NCBI RefSeq assembly: GCF_006345805.1
Contig: NW_021833741.1
Span: 1 to 64,000, forward strand
Direction: 5' to 3'
Length of the DNA stretch: 64,000 bases
Source: Octopus sinensis
Taxonomy: Eukaryota
A program made the position numbers and the translations under genes. Under the pieces are notes generated by a model. It was not told where the DNA came from and ran no database searches. It saw only the letters and a list, made by a program, of their open reading frames with translations. Shown here in pieces: positions 43,790 to 56,516 of the stretch (position 1 is its first letter; every line of letters starts with the position of its first letter).

Positions 43790-43973
43790 AAATAAAGCAT
43801 ATTACTCTACCACTGGTATTTGAGTACTCTTTTTTCCACCTTGTTTCACATTTATGTGTTTACTCCGGTATATAGATGTATATACATATATGTATGTATG
43901 TATGTATGTATGTACGTATGTATGCATGTATATATATATATGTATGTATGTATGTATGTATATATATATATAT

Positions 43974-44663
43974 TTTTTTTCTAGTTTCAGCTCAGAGCTG
44001 CGGCCATGCTGATGCACCGCCGTGTTGTGCTACACTGTTATTACGAAGAACCTCGTCTAATATGTGGCACTTGGTGAAGAATGGAGTTTGATACAGCTAC
44101 TCTCATTTGCACCTCTTGCCGTGAGGTAGGTTCATCTGGGACTCTCGACAGGAAGATGGCCAGCCTTGATTTAAAAACCGCTACATCTACTTTGTGCAAG
44201 TTCCTCAGACTCTTTGGGAGAATATTAAAAAGCTGTGGGCCCTTGAAATCCAGTCTGTTGCAGAAGCTGGTCCTGAAGCGTGATGGCATTACTGGGATCT
44301 TTGGCACTATGCAGTGTCGTCCCGTTCTAGCATTGGTGTAGCTTACAATGCCAAAATTTGGCACAATTCCTTCCAGGATCTTCCAGACATATATTACTGC
44401 ATACCTCTCCCGTCTTCTCTCCAGGGAGTAGAGTCTTAGCTGTTTCAACCTTTCCCAGTAGCTTAGCCGTTGCAAAGAGACGATTTTCTTTGTGAATCTT
44501 CTCTGGATTGCTTCAAGGTCCGCTGTTAATTTTACACTGGTGGGTGACCATAGCTGTGAGCAGTAATCCAGGCGGCTGAGGACGAATATCCGCCAGAGGA
44601 CCATCATGGTTTTCTTATCTCTGGTTCTGAATGTTCTTAGGATCCACCCAGCCAGTCGTCTGC
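43974..44663 (-). mobile_element. 3' fragment of CR1/L2-group LINE (ORF2 C-terminus plus tail)
   Basis: ORF 44041-44607: SRLDYCSQLWSP..LEAIQRRFTK..SYWERLKQLRLYSLERRRER; truncated at (TA)n. Confidence 0.9.
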
Positions 44664-45615
44664 ATATATATATATATATATATATATATAGATATATATA
44701 CCTAGTGAAGCCTTACTATAGCGTCGTAAATTTATCGGTTGCTATATCCAGTAAATATTGGTGCATTGTCGCACCACTATACTATATTTATACTTCTCCC
44801 TTTTCGGTGCTTTATTTGACTGGAAAGTGATGCATTTATTTTGCAAAATTTAATTTTTCATTGAAAACTTTTTCACTGTTCTCGGTTCTGTCAACCGTTA
44901 GGCGTTCATGCGAGTCTACTGGCATTGATGTAGCAACATTTGAAATATTATCCAGGTAAATCAAATTTACGGTAACAAACGTGTTTGAAGAGTCTGAAAC
45001 CTAGGTACTGGATTATCTAATTCTGGGTTGTCCATTTATCTAATGTTCTTCCTGGAGGTAAGACGAACGTTTTTATGTTTGTTGTCCTCACATGTCTTTG
45101 CCAGTATATACACAGTGAAGCTTTACTATAGAGTCGTAAATTTATCAATTGCTATTTCCAGTAAACATAGGTGCCTTGTTTACCACTACTCTCTCTCCTT
45201 CCCTCTCTCTCTCTCTTACTCTCTCTCTCCCTCTCTCTCTCTTACTCTCCCTCTCCCTCTCTCTCTCTCTTTCTATATATATATATATACATGTATTCAT
45301 ATACATGTATACATACACAATCTACGTGTGTGCTTTTATGCATCAAGTGCCTATATGAGAGGATCTCTTAAGACTAATGGTGTAATATATGGTTTTCTAA
45401 CAAGACATCCACGTTGAGTTGGATATAAAAATTGCATTTTATACTTGTGCATGTGTGTGTACGTATGTATGTATATATATCGTAAATATGAGGGTAATAA
45501 ATTAGAATAATTAATTAATAAAAGTCAGGAGACATAACATATTTTTAAAGATAAAAAGTGTATAAAATATTTTTCGGTACATATTTGAAACTATATAATT
45601 ATTCATTAATTAGCG

Positions 45616-45685
45616 ATCTCACTGACGATCTACAGATTCCAAATTTGTTTATTTGGCAATTAACAGAGAAACTCGAGTTCGGGAT
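45616..45685 (+). ncRNA. Type I hammerhead motif
   Basis: ATCTCA-CTGACGA-TCT..AGA-GAAA-CTCGAG-TT-CGGGAT; palindromic stem III AACTCGAGTT; GUU triplet; first stem I pair mismatched. Confidence 0.6.
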
Positions 45686-45848
45686 TAACTAATTAACTTT
45701 TTGTTCGTTCTGGAGTTATAACAGCGTACTTCATGAATTCATTTTCTCTTGGTTTGGGTTTTAACTGCACTTTCTAGCATGTATGGAGTTCTGCCAAAGG
45801 TCTCCTCTCTGTGCATTAAAAATATTTATACACTTATATATTTTAAAT

Positions 45849-45935
<87 letters not shown>

Positions 45936-46087
45936 ATAATATCAATAATATAAATATATGCATATATACATACATATATGTACATACCTACATATATAAA
46001 AAAGCAACTATATGAAAGCATTATTACTGTTAAAAACTGTAATAACGAGGCAGTTTGCAAGACTTCTACCTTAATAGGAATAATATT

Positions 46088-46774
46088 AAATATTTGAATA
46101 AAAGAAGGGTAAAAATACCGCTTGCCAAAGATGAAAGCGAGAGCTTTAAAAAACCACCAATCCTGCGATAAAATACACAGACGAGCAACGCAGTGAACAC
46201 TTGAAAAAATAGGCCTACCTTCAGGATGGAATTTGAAAGTGGTTTACATACCCCAATATCAATTGATTTCATGCTGTGCATGAGAAAATATGCTTTGCAA
46301 TCTTCAGTTGGAGATAGTAACATCTATTTCTAAAATATTCATAACGTCAACTCGATTGTGTTTCGAACTTTAAACGTCCCGCTCCGTTCAAAGAGAAAAC
46401 TATCGTAAACAATAAAAATAGCAAATATATGAAAGCATAATTACTGTTAAAAACTGTAATAATGAGGCGGTTAGCAAGACTTCTACCTTAATAGGTATAA
46501 TATTAAATATTTGAATAAAAGAAACGCACTCGAGTTGACGTAGTGAATATTTTAGAAAAGATTGCAAAGCATGTTTTCTCATGCACAGCATGAAATCAAT
46601 TGATATTGGGGGTATGTAAACTATCCTCAAATTCCATCCTGAAGGTAGGCCTATTTTTTCAAGTGTTCACTGCGTTGCTCGTCTATGTATTTTATCGCAG
46701 GATTGGTGGGTTTTGAAGCTTTCGCTTTCATCTTTGGCAAGCGGTATTTTTATCCTTCTTTTATTCAAATATTT
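46088..46774. repeat. Long inverted repeat (about 250-bp arms) with overlapping direct repeat
   Basis: 46088-46354 versus 46530-46774 inverted; about 46005-46106 versus 46420-46522 direct. Confidence 0.9.
46253..46311 (-). ncRNA. Type I hammerhead motif
   Basis: Minus: CCAA-CTGAAGA-TTGC..GCAT-GAAA-TCAATTGA-TA-TTGG; palindromic stem III. Confidence 0.65.
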
Positions 46775-47583
46775 ATCTACGTATATATGTATATATACAT
46801 GCATATATGGGTACAGGACATAAAAAAAACGTAGACAAAATGTGAAACGAGAACATAAAGAAAAAAAAAACAAATAGAGGAACGAGACATGCAACATAAA
46901 GAACATTCCCTTCATCAGTTGTCCCCTGTTTTATCTACTCCGCGTTTCGAAGGTAAGAAGAAGACGCGAGTTCATTTAAATAGTCCTTCCCGCAAAGCAA
47001 ATTAAGTAAAATTTGGGATTTTTTGCGGAGAGTGAAAGTGGTAACAAAAACAGGACAGTGAGAACAAAACTGTAAAAACAAACGGTGAGGGCCTGTTAAG
47101 CCAAGACGATGAGAAGTGCTGAAGGCTGGGAAACGAGCTTTGAGAAGAGACAGGCAAATGCACGTCTTGTCTTTAGGAAGGAAGTGGAAGAAAGAAGGAT
47201 GGATGACCGTTTGTCACGTGTGAGCAAGGAGAGAGTCAAGGAGGAAGAGTGAGAGAGAGAGGGGAAAGGGTGGAAGAGAAAAACAGAAAGGAAGAAGAAC
47301 AAGAGAGGGAGATAGACAAAACGTCCCTAAAATAAATTAATTCACGTTCTCGAATTATCACAATTCTTATGACGTCAGTAATATATATATGTTGTTAAAT
47401 TCTCGAAATCCGAGACTAGAAAAACAGCCAACAACTGATGAAGGGTCGTTCTTTGTGTTGTTTATTTTGTTTTCCATTTGTGTCTTTCGTTGTTCGAAAA
47501 AATAGTTCATATTCCATTTGCTCGTGCTTCGTATTTTTATTTACATATTTCTTTCTTTACGTCCTGTGCCCACGTATGCTTAT

Positions 47584-47631
<48 letters not shown>

Positions 47632-47635
<4 letters not shown>

Positions 47636-50600
47636 CGGAAGCTTTATGAAAATAGACAAAAGACGAAGGCAGGTTTACGGAAATAACCAAAAGACGAAGG
47701 TAGGTGGAATACAAACAAATTGTATTAGTATGGCGCTCAGGAAATATAAATAAAACCAGTCTTTAACGTTTCGAGCCTCGCTTTCAACAGAAAGATACAC
47801 AGAGAAAAACCCGAAAGAAGGAGAGAAAAAATATGCGTGCAGAGGCTAGCGAATCAACATGGCGATCTGATTTCGGCCAGAGTCAAAGATCAAACGTGAG
47901 ACGCAAGAGCGAAATTAGGGGAGATAATAGGGTTGAATGACCTCGCTCCAACATAAGTGTGTGTGTGTGTGTATGAGGAGAGTGTGTGTGTGTGTGTATG
48001 AGAGGTCTGGACGTGTGTATGTATATATGATGTGATGTGTAAAGTCGTATGGTGTAGTGTAGAGAGAGGAGATGAGGGAAGAGGGGGTAAGGGTGAGGGG
48101 GAGAGAAAGAAAGGGGAGAAGGAAAGGGGAGAAGGAAAGGGGAGAAGGAAAGGGGAGAAGAGGTGGGGGAAAGGGGAGAAGGAAGGAGAGGAGAAGAGGA
48201 GGGGAGAGGAGGAGGGAGGAGAGAGGGAGAAGGGGAGAGAGAGAGAAGGGGAGTGAGGGAGCAGAGAGAAAGAGGAAGGGGAAGAGGGAAGAAGAGGGGA
48301 GGGAGAAAGAGGGAAGAAGGAAGAGGAGTAGGGGTGAAAGGATGAAGGACTGAAGAGAAGTAGGGGTCTCGGGGGGGGAGGTTAGATGATGAGGGGGAGA
48401 GGGGGTTAGATGAGGAAGGGGGGAGAGTTGAGACCAAATGGCGTATAAGAGCGAAGAAGAAGATTAATTCCGTTCACGGGCGCAACGGGAATCCGAATGG
48501 CCTCTGTGTAAGGACAAACCGAACACAGACAGGTGTTGCAAGGAGTGACCGGGTAGCGGAAATGCGTGAGACCGTGTGTCGTTCGCAAGGCGGATGTCAC
48601 GAAGGTGTTCCGCGAACCGGTCAGCCAAGCGGCGTCCCGTTTGTCCGATGTACAGGAATGAAGAGAGAGCAAGAGACGCAATAGATAATATTGCTGGAGG
48701 TGCAGGTGAAGGTGTTGATGATGGCTATAGGGGTCGATGATGGGTGCCAGTGAGGAGGGTGTGTGTTGGAGAGGTAAGGGCAAGTGCGGCAACGTGGGCG
48801 GGAGCAGGGGGAACGAGCCAGGTTGGGAGGTAGGGTCAGGGAAGGAGCTATGGACCAAAAGGCTCGAAGGTTATGGCTCGTTTGAAAGAGGGGAGGGGTC
48901 GGTTAGGGAAAGGTGTGAAGTGGACGGGTCGGACTGGAGATGACGGAAAGCTCGAAGAATGGTGCGTTGAAGAGGTAGGGTCGTGGGGTGGTAAGTGAGG
49001 GGAAAAGGAAGGCGGAGACTACAGGGCGGGTTCGGGGAGAGAGCAGATACACGTCCACGGAACGTGCTCTGGCAGGGCGGTGTGGATAGTGGTGAGGGGG
49101 TATCCACGTAGGATGAAGTGGTGAGCCATACGTTGAGACTGAGTCTCAAAGTCATGGTCGTCACTACAGAGCCTACGTAGACGGAGGAATTGGGAATAGG
49201 GGATGGAAAGCTTGGTGTGTTCTGGTGGGAGGAGAGAAAGTTGAGGTATGAGTGTGAGTCTGTGTGTTTGTAGTGAATGGAGGTGGTAGAGTGGAGTGAA
49301 GAATGCTAACCGAAATGTCGAGGAAGGAGACAGAGGTGTTGGAGATAGTGGAAGTGAAGTGGAGGGCTGGATGGAAAGATTGAACGAAAGAGAGGAAGGA
49401 ATCTAGATGTTCACGGGAGAGTGAGGTGGCACCGATAATGTCGTCAATGTAACAACCATATAGTTCAGGAGTGGGACCAGTGAAATTAGAGAATATTTGG
49501 GCCTCAACATAGCCAACGAACAGGTTCGCATAGTTGGGGCCCATTGGCGTTCCCATGGCCACTCCCGAGATCTGGTGGTAGAACTCGCCCGTGAACGAGA
49601 AGCAGTTAAGAGTAAGGACAAGTTCGGCCAGACGAATGAGTGTGGAGGTGTCAGGTTCAGGGTTGGAGCGGAGGTGAAGAAAGTGTTGAAGTGCCTGCAG
49701 TCCTTCGTGGTGAGGGATAACGGTATAGAGGCTCTGAATGTCCATAGTAAAAAGGATTTTGGAGGAGCCGGGAGGAAAGGAGAAAGAGTTGAAAAGCCGG
49801 AGAGCATGGTTGGTATCGTGGATGTGGGGGGAAGAGACGCCACTAGGGGGGCAAGGACACGGTCGAGGTATTTAGAGATGAGCTCCGTGGGGCATTACAG
49901 GCGGAGACGATGGGGGGCGCCAGGTGTTGGGTTTGTGGATTTTGGGGAGGAAGTAAATGGTGGGGGTACGTGGGGTTCGCACAATTAGGTTTGAATGTGT
50001 TGGTGGGGGAGACGGGAGGGCGAGATGAGGTCGCGGACAGTAGAGGATACCGTCTGTTAGTAGCTACGTGTGGGGTTAGAGCAGAGGGAGTAGAAGGAGG
50101 TGTCATTGAGTTGGCGGAGAGCCTCGGCCCTGTAGAGGTCCGCGCGCCACACCACTACAGCTCTACCCTTGTCAGCCGGTTTGATGATAATGTCAGCGCG
50201 CCGTTGGAGGGAACGAAGAGCCGAGAGCTCGGCCGGGGATGTGTTGAGGCGGCGTTGGCGCCTGGAGAAGTTGAACCGCTCCAATGCACGCTGACAAGCG
50301 CCCGCGAAAAGATTCACTGCTAGGAACTGGCCAGGGGCAGGCGTCCACGGGGATGGTCGGCGGCCCAGATCAGTGAAGCAGTCCTCTTCGTTGGATGTGG
50401 GTGGTGAGTCGCGGAAATGCGCACCCAACCGGACGCGGCGCACAAAGCTGTGGACATCAACTCGCGTCTGGAATTCCTTACAGGATGGAGTGAGGGGGAT
50501 GAAACGCAGACCCCTACCAAGGACGGAGCGTTCCGCCGCAGAGAGGGGAAGATCGGGGGGAATGGTAACAACAGACGGAAGTGGAGAAGGGGTGGGTGGA

Positions 50601-50731
50601 ATAGAAGTAGGAGGGGTGGTAGGGCTCGTGGAGGTCTGAGGGGGAGGGATTGGGGAGGTGTGGGGTGGTGGTTGGGAGGGGCAGTAGGGTTAGGTGTAGG
50701 TGGATGGAGCCTATCAGGAGGGGAGAAGGGG
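47632..50731 (-). mobile_element. Penelope-like retroelement (RT + GIY-YIG), frameshifted, flanked by (TA)n
   Basis: Across frames: LSAAERSVLGRGLRFIP, IIIKPADKG, PKIHKP..PIVS, DIQSLYTVIP, GVAMGTPMGPNYANLF, YIDD; GIY-YIG NIIYC..YIGQTGRRLADRFAEH..FGLN at about 48420-48710; CT-rich 3' UTR with HHR. Confidence 0.95.
47760..47795 (-). ncRNA. Minimal HHR-like motif in PLE 3' repeat (A6U variant)
   Basis: TCTTT-CTGTTGA-AAGC(GAG)GCTC-GAAA-CG-TT-AAAGA; palindromic AACGTT stem III. Confidence 0.6.
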
Positions 50732-50738
50732 TTATATA

Positions 50739-50769
<31 letters not shown>

Positions 50770-50907
50770 TGTGTGTGCGTGTAATAAGCATATACCTGAT
50801 ATATATATATATATATTATATATATATATATATATTGATAAAACGGTAAGATAACAAAAGAAAGAAAGAGCCCTCAATATTATGTAAATAGAGGAAATTT
50901 ATCTATC

Positions 50908-51079
50908 CAATATGTTACATTACTCGGTAGTCAAGATAAACTCTGAGTTTCAGATGCCGAAGTGGAAATCCACAACACCATCTCTTCGGTTATCTGGCTA
51001 TTTCAAATAGCCAGATAACCGATTTCCACTTCGGCATCTGAAACTCAGAGTTTTATGTGACTACCGAGTAATGTAACAT

Positions 51080-51083
<4 letters not shown>
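50908..51083. ncRNA. Palindrome with HHR-like motif on the minus arm
   Basis: Centre near 51004; minus 50935-50994: GATAA-CCGAAGA-GATG..CATCT-GAAA-CTCAGAG-TT-TATC; right arm lacks 17 nt spanning the core. Confidence 0.65.
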
Positions 51084-51131
<48 letters not shown>

Positions 51132-51234
51132 CAAAATAAGCAACAAGGATTTTGATTTTAATCATCTTATTTTAATTTATATGGATAATACCATACTAAA
51201 TTCTGGTGCCTTCAACTTAAGTACCATATTCATC

Positions 51235-51285
<51 letters not shown>

Positions 51286-51373
51286 AATTAAACTTATATT
51301 GGATGTAAAGTAGCACGGTTTTCCCACTCCATTTCACCTTGTCACAAGTAATGACAGGACAGAATGAAGAGAA

Positions 51374-51421
<48 letters not shown>

Positions 51422-51473
51422 GGAGAGAGGAGATCTGCTGCAACAAAAATAACTTCGTCTAGAACGGTATCCT

Positions 51474-51509
<36 letters not shown>

Positions 51510-52680
51510 CATTATCGTCAACAATAGCTACAACAGCAACAACAACAACAACAACAACAACTGTGGGCGCAACAGCGGCAGCAACAGCCACAGCCACCAC
51601 CTGAGCAGCAATATGAACAACATTAGCGAAACATCGTCTGAAAAAGAGCAGCAGCAAAAGCGGTGCCGCCGACGCCGCCATCAGCAGCAAATATTGGCAG
51701 AACAATAGCAACAAGCACAACAACAAGTGAAGAGGCAACAGAAGAAGCAACAGAATGTTCGCCGAAATGACGCCCCCCCTCCCCTCTACCCTCCATAACA
51801 ATCCCCCAGCACCTTCCCTCCCACCCCTCTTCTAACTCCCGTCTGCCCACCTCCACCCTCTTCTTGCTCTCCCCTCTCTGTCATCCGTCGAAATCTCTTC
51901 ATCACCCTCCGCGCCACCCCCACCCCCGCCCCCTCCACCTACAACTTACAGCTTCCCAGCTACATCACAATCTGTGTGTCAGCATCACATTAAGATCGCT
52001 TGTGGTGGTGGTGGTGGTGGTGGTGGTGGTAGTGGGCAGAGGGGAGAGAGACAGAGAAAGAAGGAGAGAAAGAAAGGCAGCAACAGGGATGAGAGTGAAA
52101 TAAAGATGACGAAGGCGGCGTCGGTGGTGGTGGAGGTAGTGGTGGTGGTGGTGGCGGTGGTGGTGGTGGAGGTGGTGGTTATGGTTTCAAAAAGGAGGAT
52201 ATGTGTTGTGTTGTGTTGTGTTGTGAAGTGATCGTTTTGACATTCCAAGGTGATTGCTCATCTGGCTGGCTGAGGTTCGAAACCGTGCAAATCCCCTCCA
52301 CCCCATGCACCGTCGTTTGTCTTTAGTTTTATCTCTCTTATGTTTGCCGTCTCCCCCGCCTCCTCCTCCTCCTTTTCACATGATCCACTCCCTTTATCGC
52401 TTTCTTTGATATGCATACATCCTCATCTACATACATACATATATACACACACAAACACGTATATCTGTAAGTACATATTAATATTTATATTTATACATAC
52501 ATACATATTTATAGATAGGTTAAATACACGCATATATATACATACATACACAGACACACACACGCACACACACAGATATATGACAAAGCTTCTACTCAGT
52601 TTCCACCCGGGGATTGAACCCGAGACGTTGAAGTTTCTTATGCACACAACCATATCTGCACCTGTATATGTATGCATATA

Positions 52681-52796
<116 letters not shown>

Positions 52797-53149
52797 TGTA
52801 TGTATATACATTCATGCTCACACACACACGCGTAAATATATATATGCATGTGTTTGCAGATGTATATGTATATGTCAGTATGCAGTTATGTATGTATAAG
52901 ATGTCCATATGCATCTTATCTGTATGTTTTTACGGGGTGGTCAAACATTAGTGGTAGGAAGGAAGGCAAGTATCCTCGAATCTGAGATCTGGCAACAGAC
53001 TGGAGTCCCCTAAAGGTACCAGAGTATCAGGTGGCAATGATAAGGTGGGCGATAGATTAAGTCTAGCATCCACTTGTATCTTGGCGAAATTTGAACCCAC
53101 AAACAAAAAACTGGCACAATAGACGTTTCCACTTGACCACCGTTCTAAT

Positions 53150-53285
53150 AATCTTCCTTTATTTATCGATCCTGGAAGGAAGAAACGATAAGTTGATCTC
53201 GGTAAGATTTTTACTTTAAAAGTAAAGTGTAGAAATAAATACCGCAACGTATTCCGTCCAGTGCTCTACCGACGCAGCCAATACG
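53150..53285 (-). mobile_element. Diverged SINE family A
   Basis: TTTATCGATCC.GGAAGGA.GAAA..AAGTTGATCTCGG. Confidence 0.5.
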
Positions 53286-53813
53286 ATAACTGAATACATG
53301 GTAATCGGGCGTATAATAAATAACTGGGTGTATATTAGATATCTGGATGTATAATAAATAAGAGTCGGTATAATAAATGCATTTACATTTTATCAGTTGA
53401 CGTGTAATAGGCAACAGGGTATATGATAATAGCAGGGTGTACAATGAATAACTGGAGATTTAATAAATCGCTGCGTGTATAATTGATGACTGAATAATAG
53501 CGAGTGTAAAATAGATAATTGAATATATAATATATAACCGTGTATAATATAATAGATAGATGGGTGTATATAATAGATGGGTGGGTATATATAATAGATG
53601 GGTGAGTGTATATAATAGATAGATGGGTGTATAGTAAATATAGTTGAGAAGAGTTTGTTTTTATGAATGAGTTTAGTTGTCGGTCGATGTGGCTCAACTC
53701 GACGCTTGAACCACAACAGTTTTGATGAACAGTGGTCATGGAATGACCGAGAGGAGTGGTGGAGTTAAGGATGAAGGCGGCAAGGGTATGATGTAGGGAT
53801 GCTAGGGAAGAGA

Positions 53814-53894
<81 letters not shown>

Positions 53895-56177
53895 GAGAGA
53901 GAGAGAGAGAGCACAGAGTCAGAGAGAGGAAGGTGATTGATGTGAAGGGAAGGGATGAGCTAAGGATACAGGGAGCTGGTGTGCTTCATGGTGTGACGGT
54001 CGCATTGGGGGATAATCAACGACAGAGTGGCAGACACAGTTACAAACAGACAAATGGTTGCGATGAAGAAAAGGAGAGAGACTCTAGGCTGGGGTTATAT
54101 GACCACATTGGAGGAAATGGAGGTGTGGGTTCATACCAGGAGGTGTGGAGGTTCGTAGTTGGAAAATGAATTATCGTTCACTAGAATTAGTAGGTCACCT
54201 CTGGATTGTGATTGTAGTGTTGAGGAACTCCCCAAATGGTTGGATGGAGGGAGGAATTGTCATGCAAAAATGTTTAGGATGACACGACTGTTTTGATTAT
54301 CGAATAAGTGTTGGCAGATGCGATCAGTCTGAAAGTGAGTGGGATTACGTATAGATAACGGGTGGATGGTGGTTTGTAATGAAGTAAATTAGATTAGCGG
54401 AAATGAAAGTGATCGGAAATTTAGGCAGTGTATTCGATTTGTGAAGATAGAGACGGCGGACTTTCCAGGTGGGGGTGTTTGCGGATGAAAGAAGTCTTGA
54501 GCAGATGGACGAATAAAAATTTGTCTTATTTGAAAAAAGTAGTGACCGTTCAGGGAAAATAAAGTTGTCAATATAATGGGCGTACAACTCATGGGTAGTG
54601 TAAGCGCATTGAGCAAAAATTGGGTGCACAAGGTAACCAACAAAAAATGATGTAATTGGGGTTATCTTCGTGCCATCTTAAGGCAAGACAACACTGCTTT
54701 GTTGCCGGGAGACCCATGGGTCTTGGAGGTTCACTATTAATCTATATGTGCTGGGATTGTGCATGTAGGAACCCCAGTGCCAGTGTTTTGCCTTGGGGCT
54801 CGATACTGGTGTTCAGGCGGTTCTGACACCCAATTCATGGCGCAACACTTGATAAGAGTGTAACAGTTACAGCAGAAGGAAAAACACTTTACGGTGAGGT
54901 CACAAAATCTCACAACATCATTAAACATATTATGAAAAGCTCTGAAGTCCTTTCTGGACATCATACTACATTCCGCACGTCTCGTATATATAAACTGAGT
55001 TTACTTTATCAGTGATGATCAGGCACCAGAGTGGCCCTGGGCATCAGAATGGGCCTCAATGGCACCAACTTGTTTGCTTGATACACTTAGGCCCAGATCT
55101 TTGCCCAATGCACTCGCCAGAACCATCAGCTATACTAGTGGTTGTATCGATAAGTTATCGGCACTTCTTCCCTCAACAGAGAGCTGCACATTTCCTTCCC
55201 CACACTCCTCAACAGGGCCCAGCCTTCATCACATTGGAATTCCAGCAACTTACATTGTATCCTATATTGAATATACTCAGAATTTAAAACAGTAAGGTAT
55301 GATTTAAAGGAAATTTGACAGCTATTTCTAGCAAATCGACTTCCTTCGTTGTAGCTCCTTCGTAGGATCATCACTGTACGAGTATTATCACATCTTGGTC
55401 AAATCTGATCAGCTGATTTAGCATCACAGCCATTCCAAGGATGACCACTTGTACGACGTCCTTCCTGTTTTTGGAACGTGTTTTTCTCGGTTATCTAGTT
55501 GCTATTTCAATCAGTTTTCAATCATTTAGAAGTGAGTCCACCAAGATGCGTCTAAATGATTGACAGACCTGCAAGAAATAGCAGACAAACCTCCTTCAGT
55601 TTATCCCCCCCCCCTCGTATTAAAAAGACATATTCATACATATTGAATAATGTGGTTCAAGTGTTCGTTGTAGAGAGGAAAAATACAGCTGGATCACTTT
55701 TGTTTATATGTCTGATCCGTTTGGACTGGCCGAGGGTTAAACTACAATAACGAAATTTCAGCAAGAGACAACGATAGCAACAACAATAGCAGCAGCAGCA
55801 ATAACAAAAAGAATTACAACAACAAATACAACAGCACCGCTAACAATAACAATAAAAACGACAACAGTAACAACAACCAAATCAATAACACAGCTAGCAG
55901 ACACAACAAATACAACAACAGCAGTAACAGCAACAATAAAATCAATAACAACTGCAACAATAACAGCAACAACAACAACAACAACAATCCTCAGCGCTTC
56001 AACAATAACAACTTAGGCATTTCTTGAGCACATGTTAAACATGTTGTAAGCATTATGAACATTTATTTTATGTGTTATGACATTATGACATGATCTCTGT
56101 TTGCTGGATTTCAAAGACGCTAGTTTTACGGGGTGGGGAGGTGGCTAATACTCCCTCACTCTCTCACTCTTTTTACA

Positions 56178-56233
<56 letters not shown>

Positions 56234-56477
56234 ATTCTCTCTCCATGTATGTACCTATTTCTGTATATGTGTATATACACATATATATGTATATATATAT
56301 AGATATGAATATATACATACATACACATATATCTATGGGCTTATCTATTTCCCTCTCTCTATATATAAATTATGTAAGCGTATCTCTACACAGACACAGA
56401 CACGCACACACACACACATATGTAGATGGGCATGTGTGTGTAAGTTTGTGTGTACATATATGTATAAGTACAAGTAC

Positions 56478-56516
<39 letters not shown>

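Noticed and set aside
44950-45013. HHR-like ATCCAG..GAAA-CCTAGG-TA-CTGGAT
   Set aside because: Stems I and III are present but no CUGANGA follows stem I; at best a relic
54650-55280. Possible very old LINE ORF2 remnant
   Set aside because: Only vague similarity; no diagnostic motif readable
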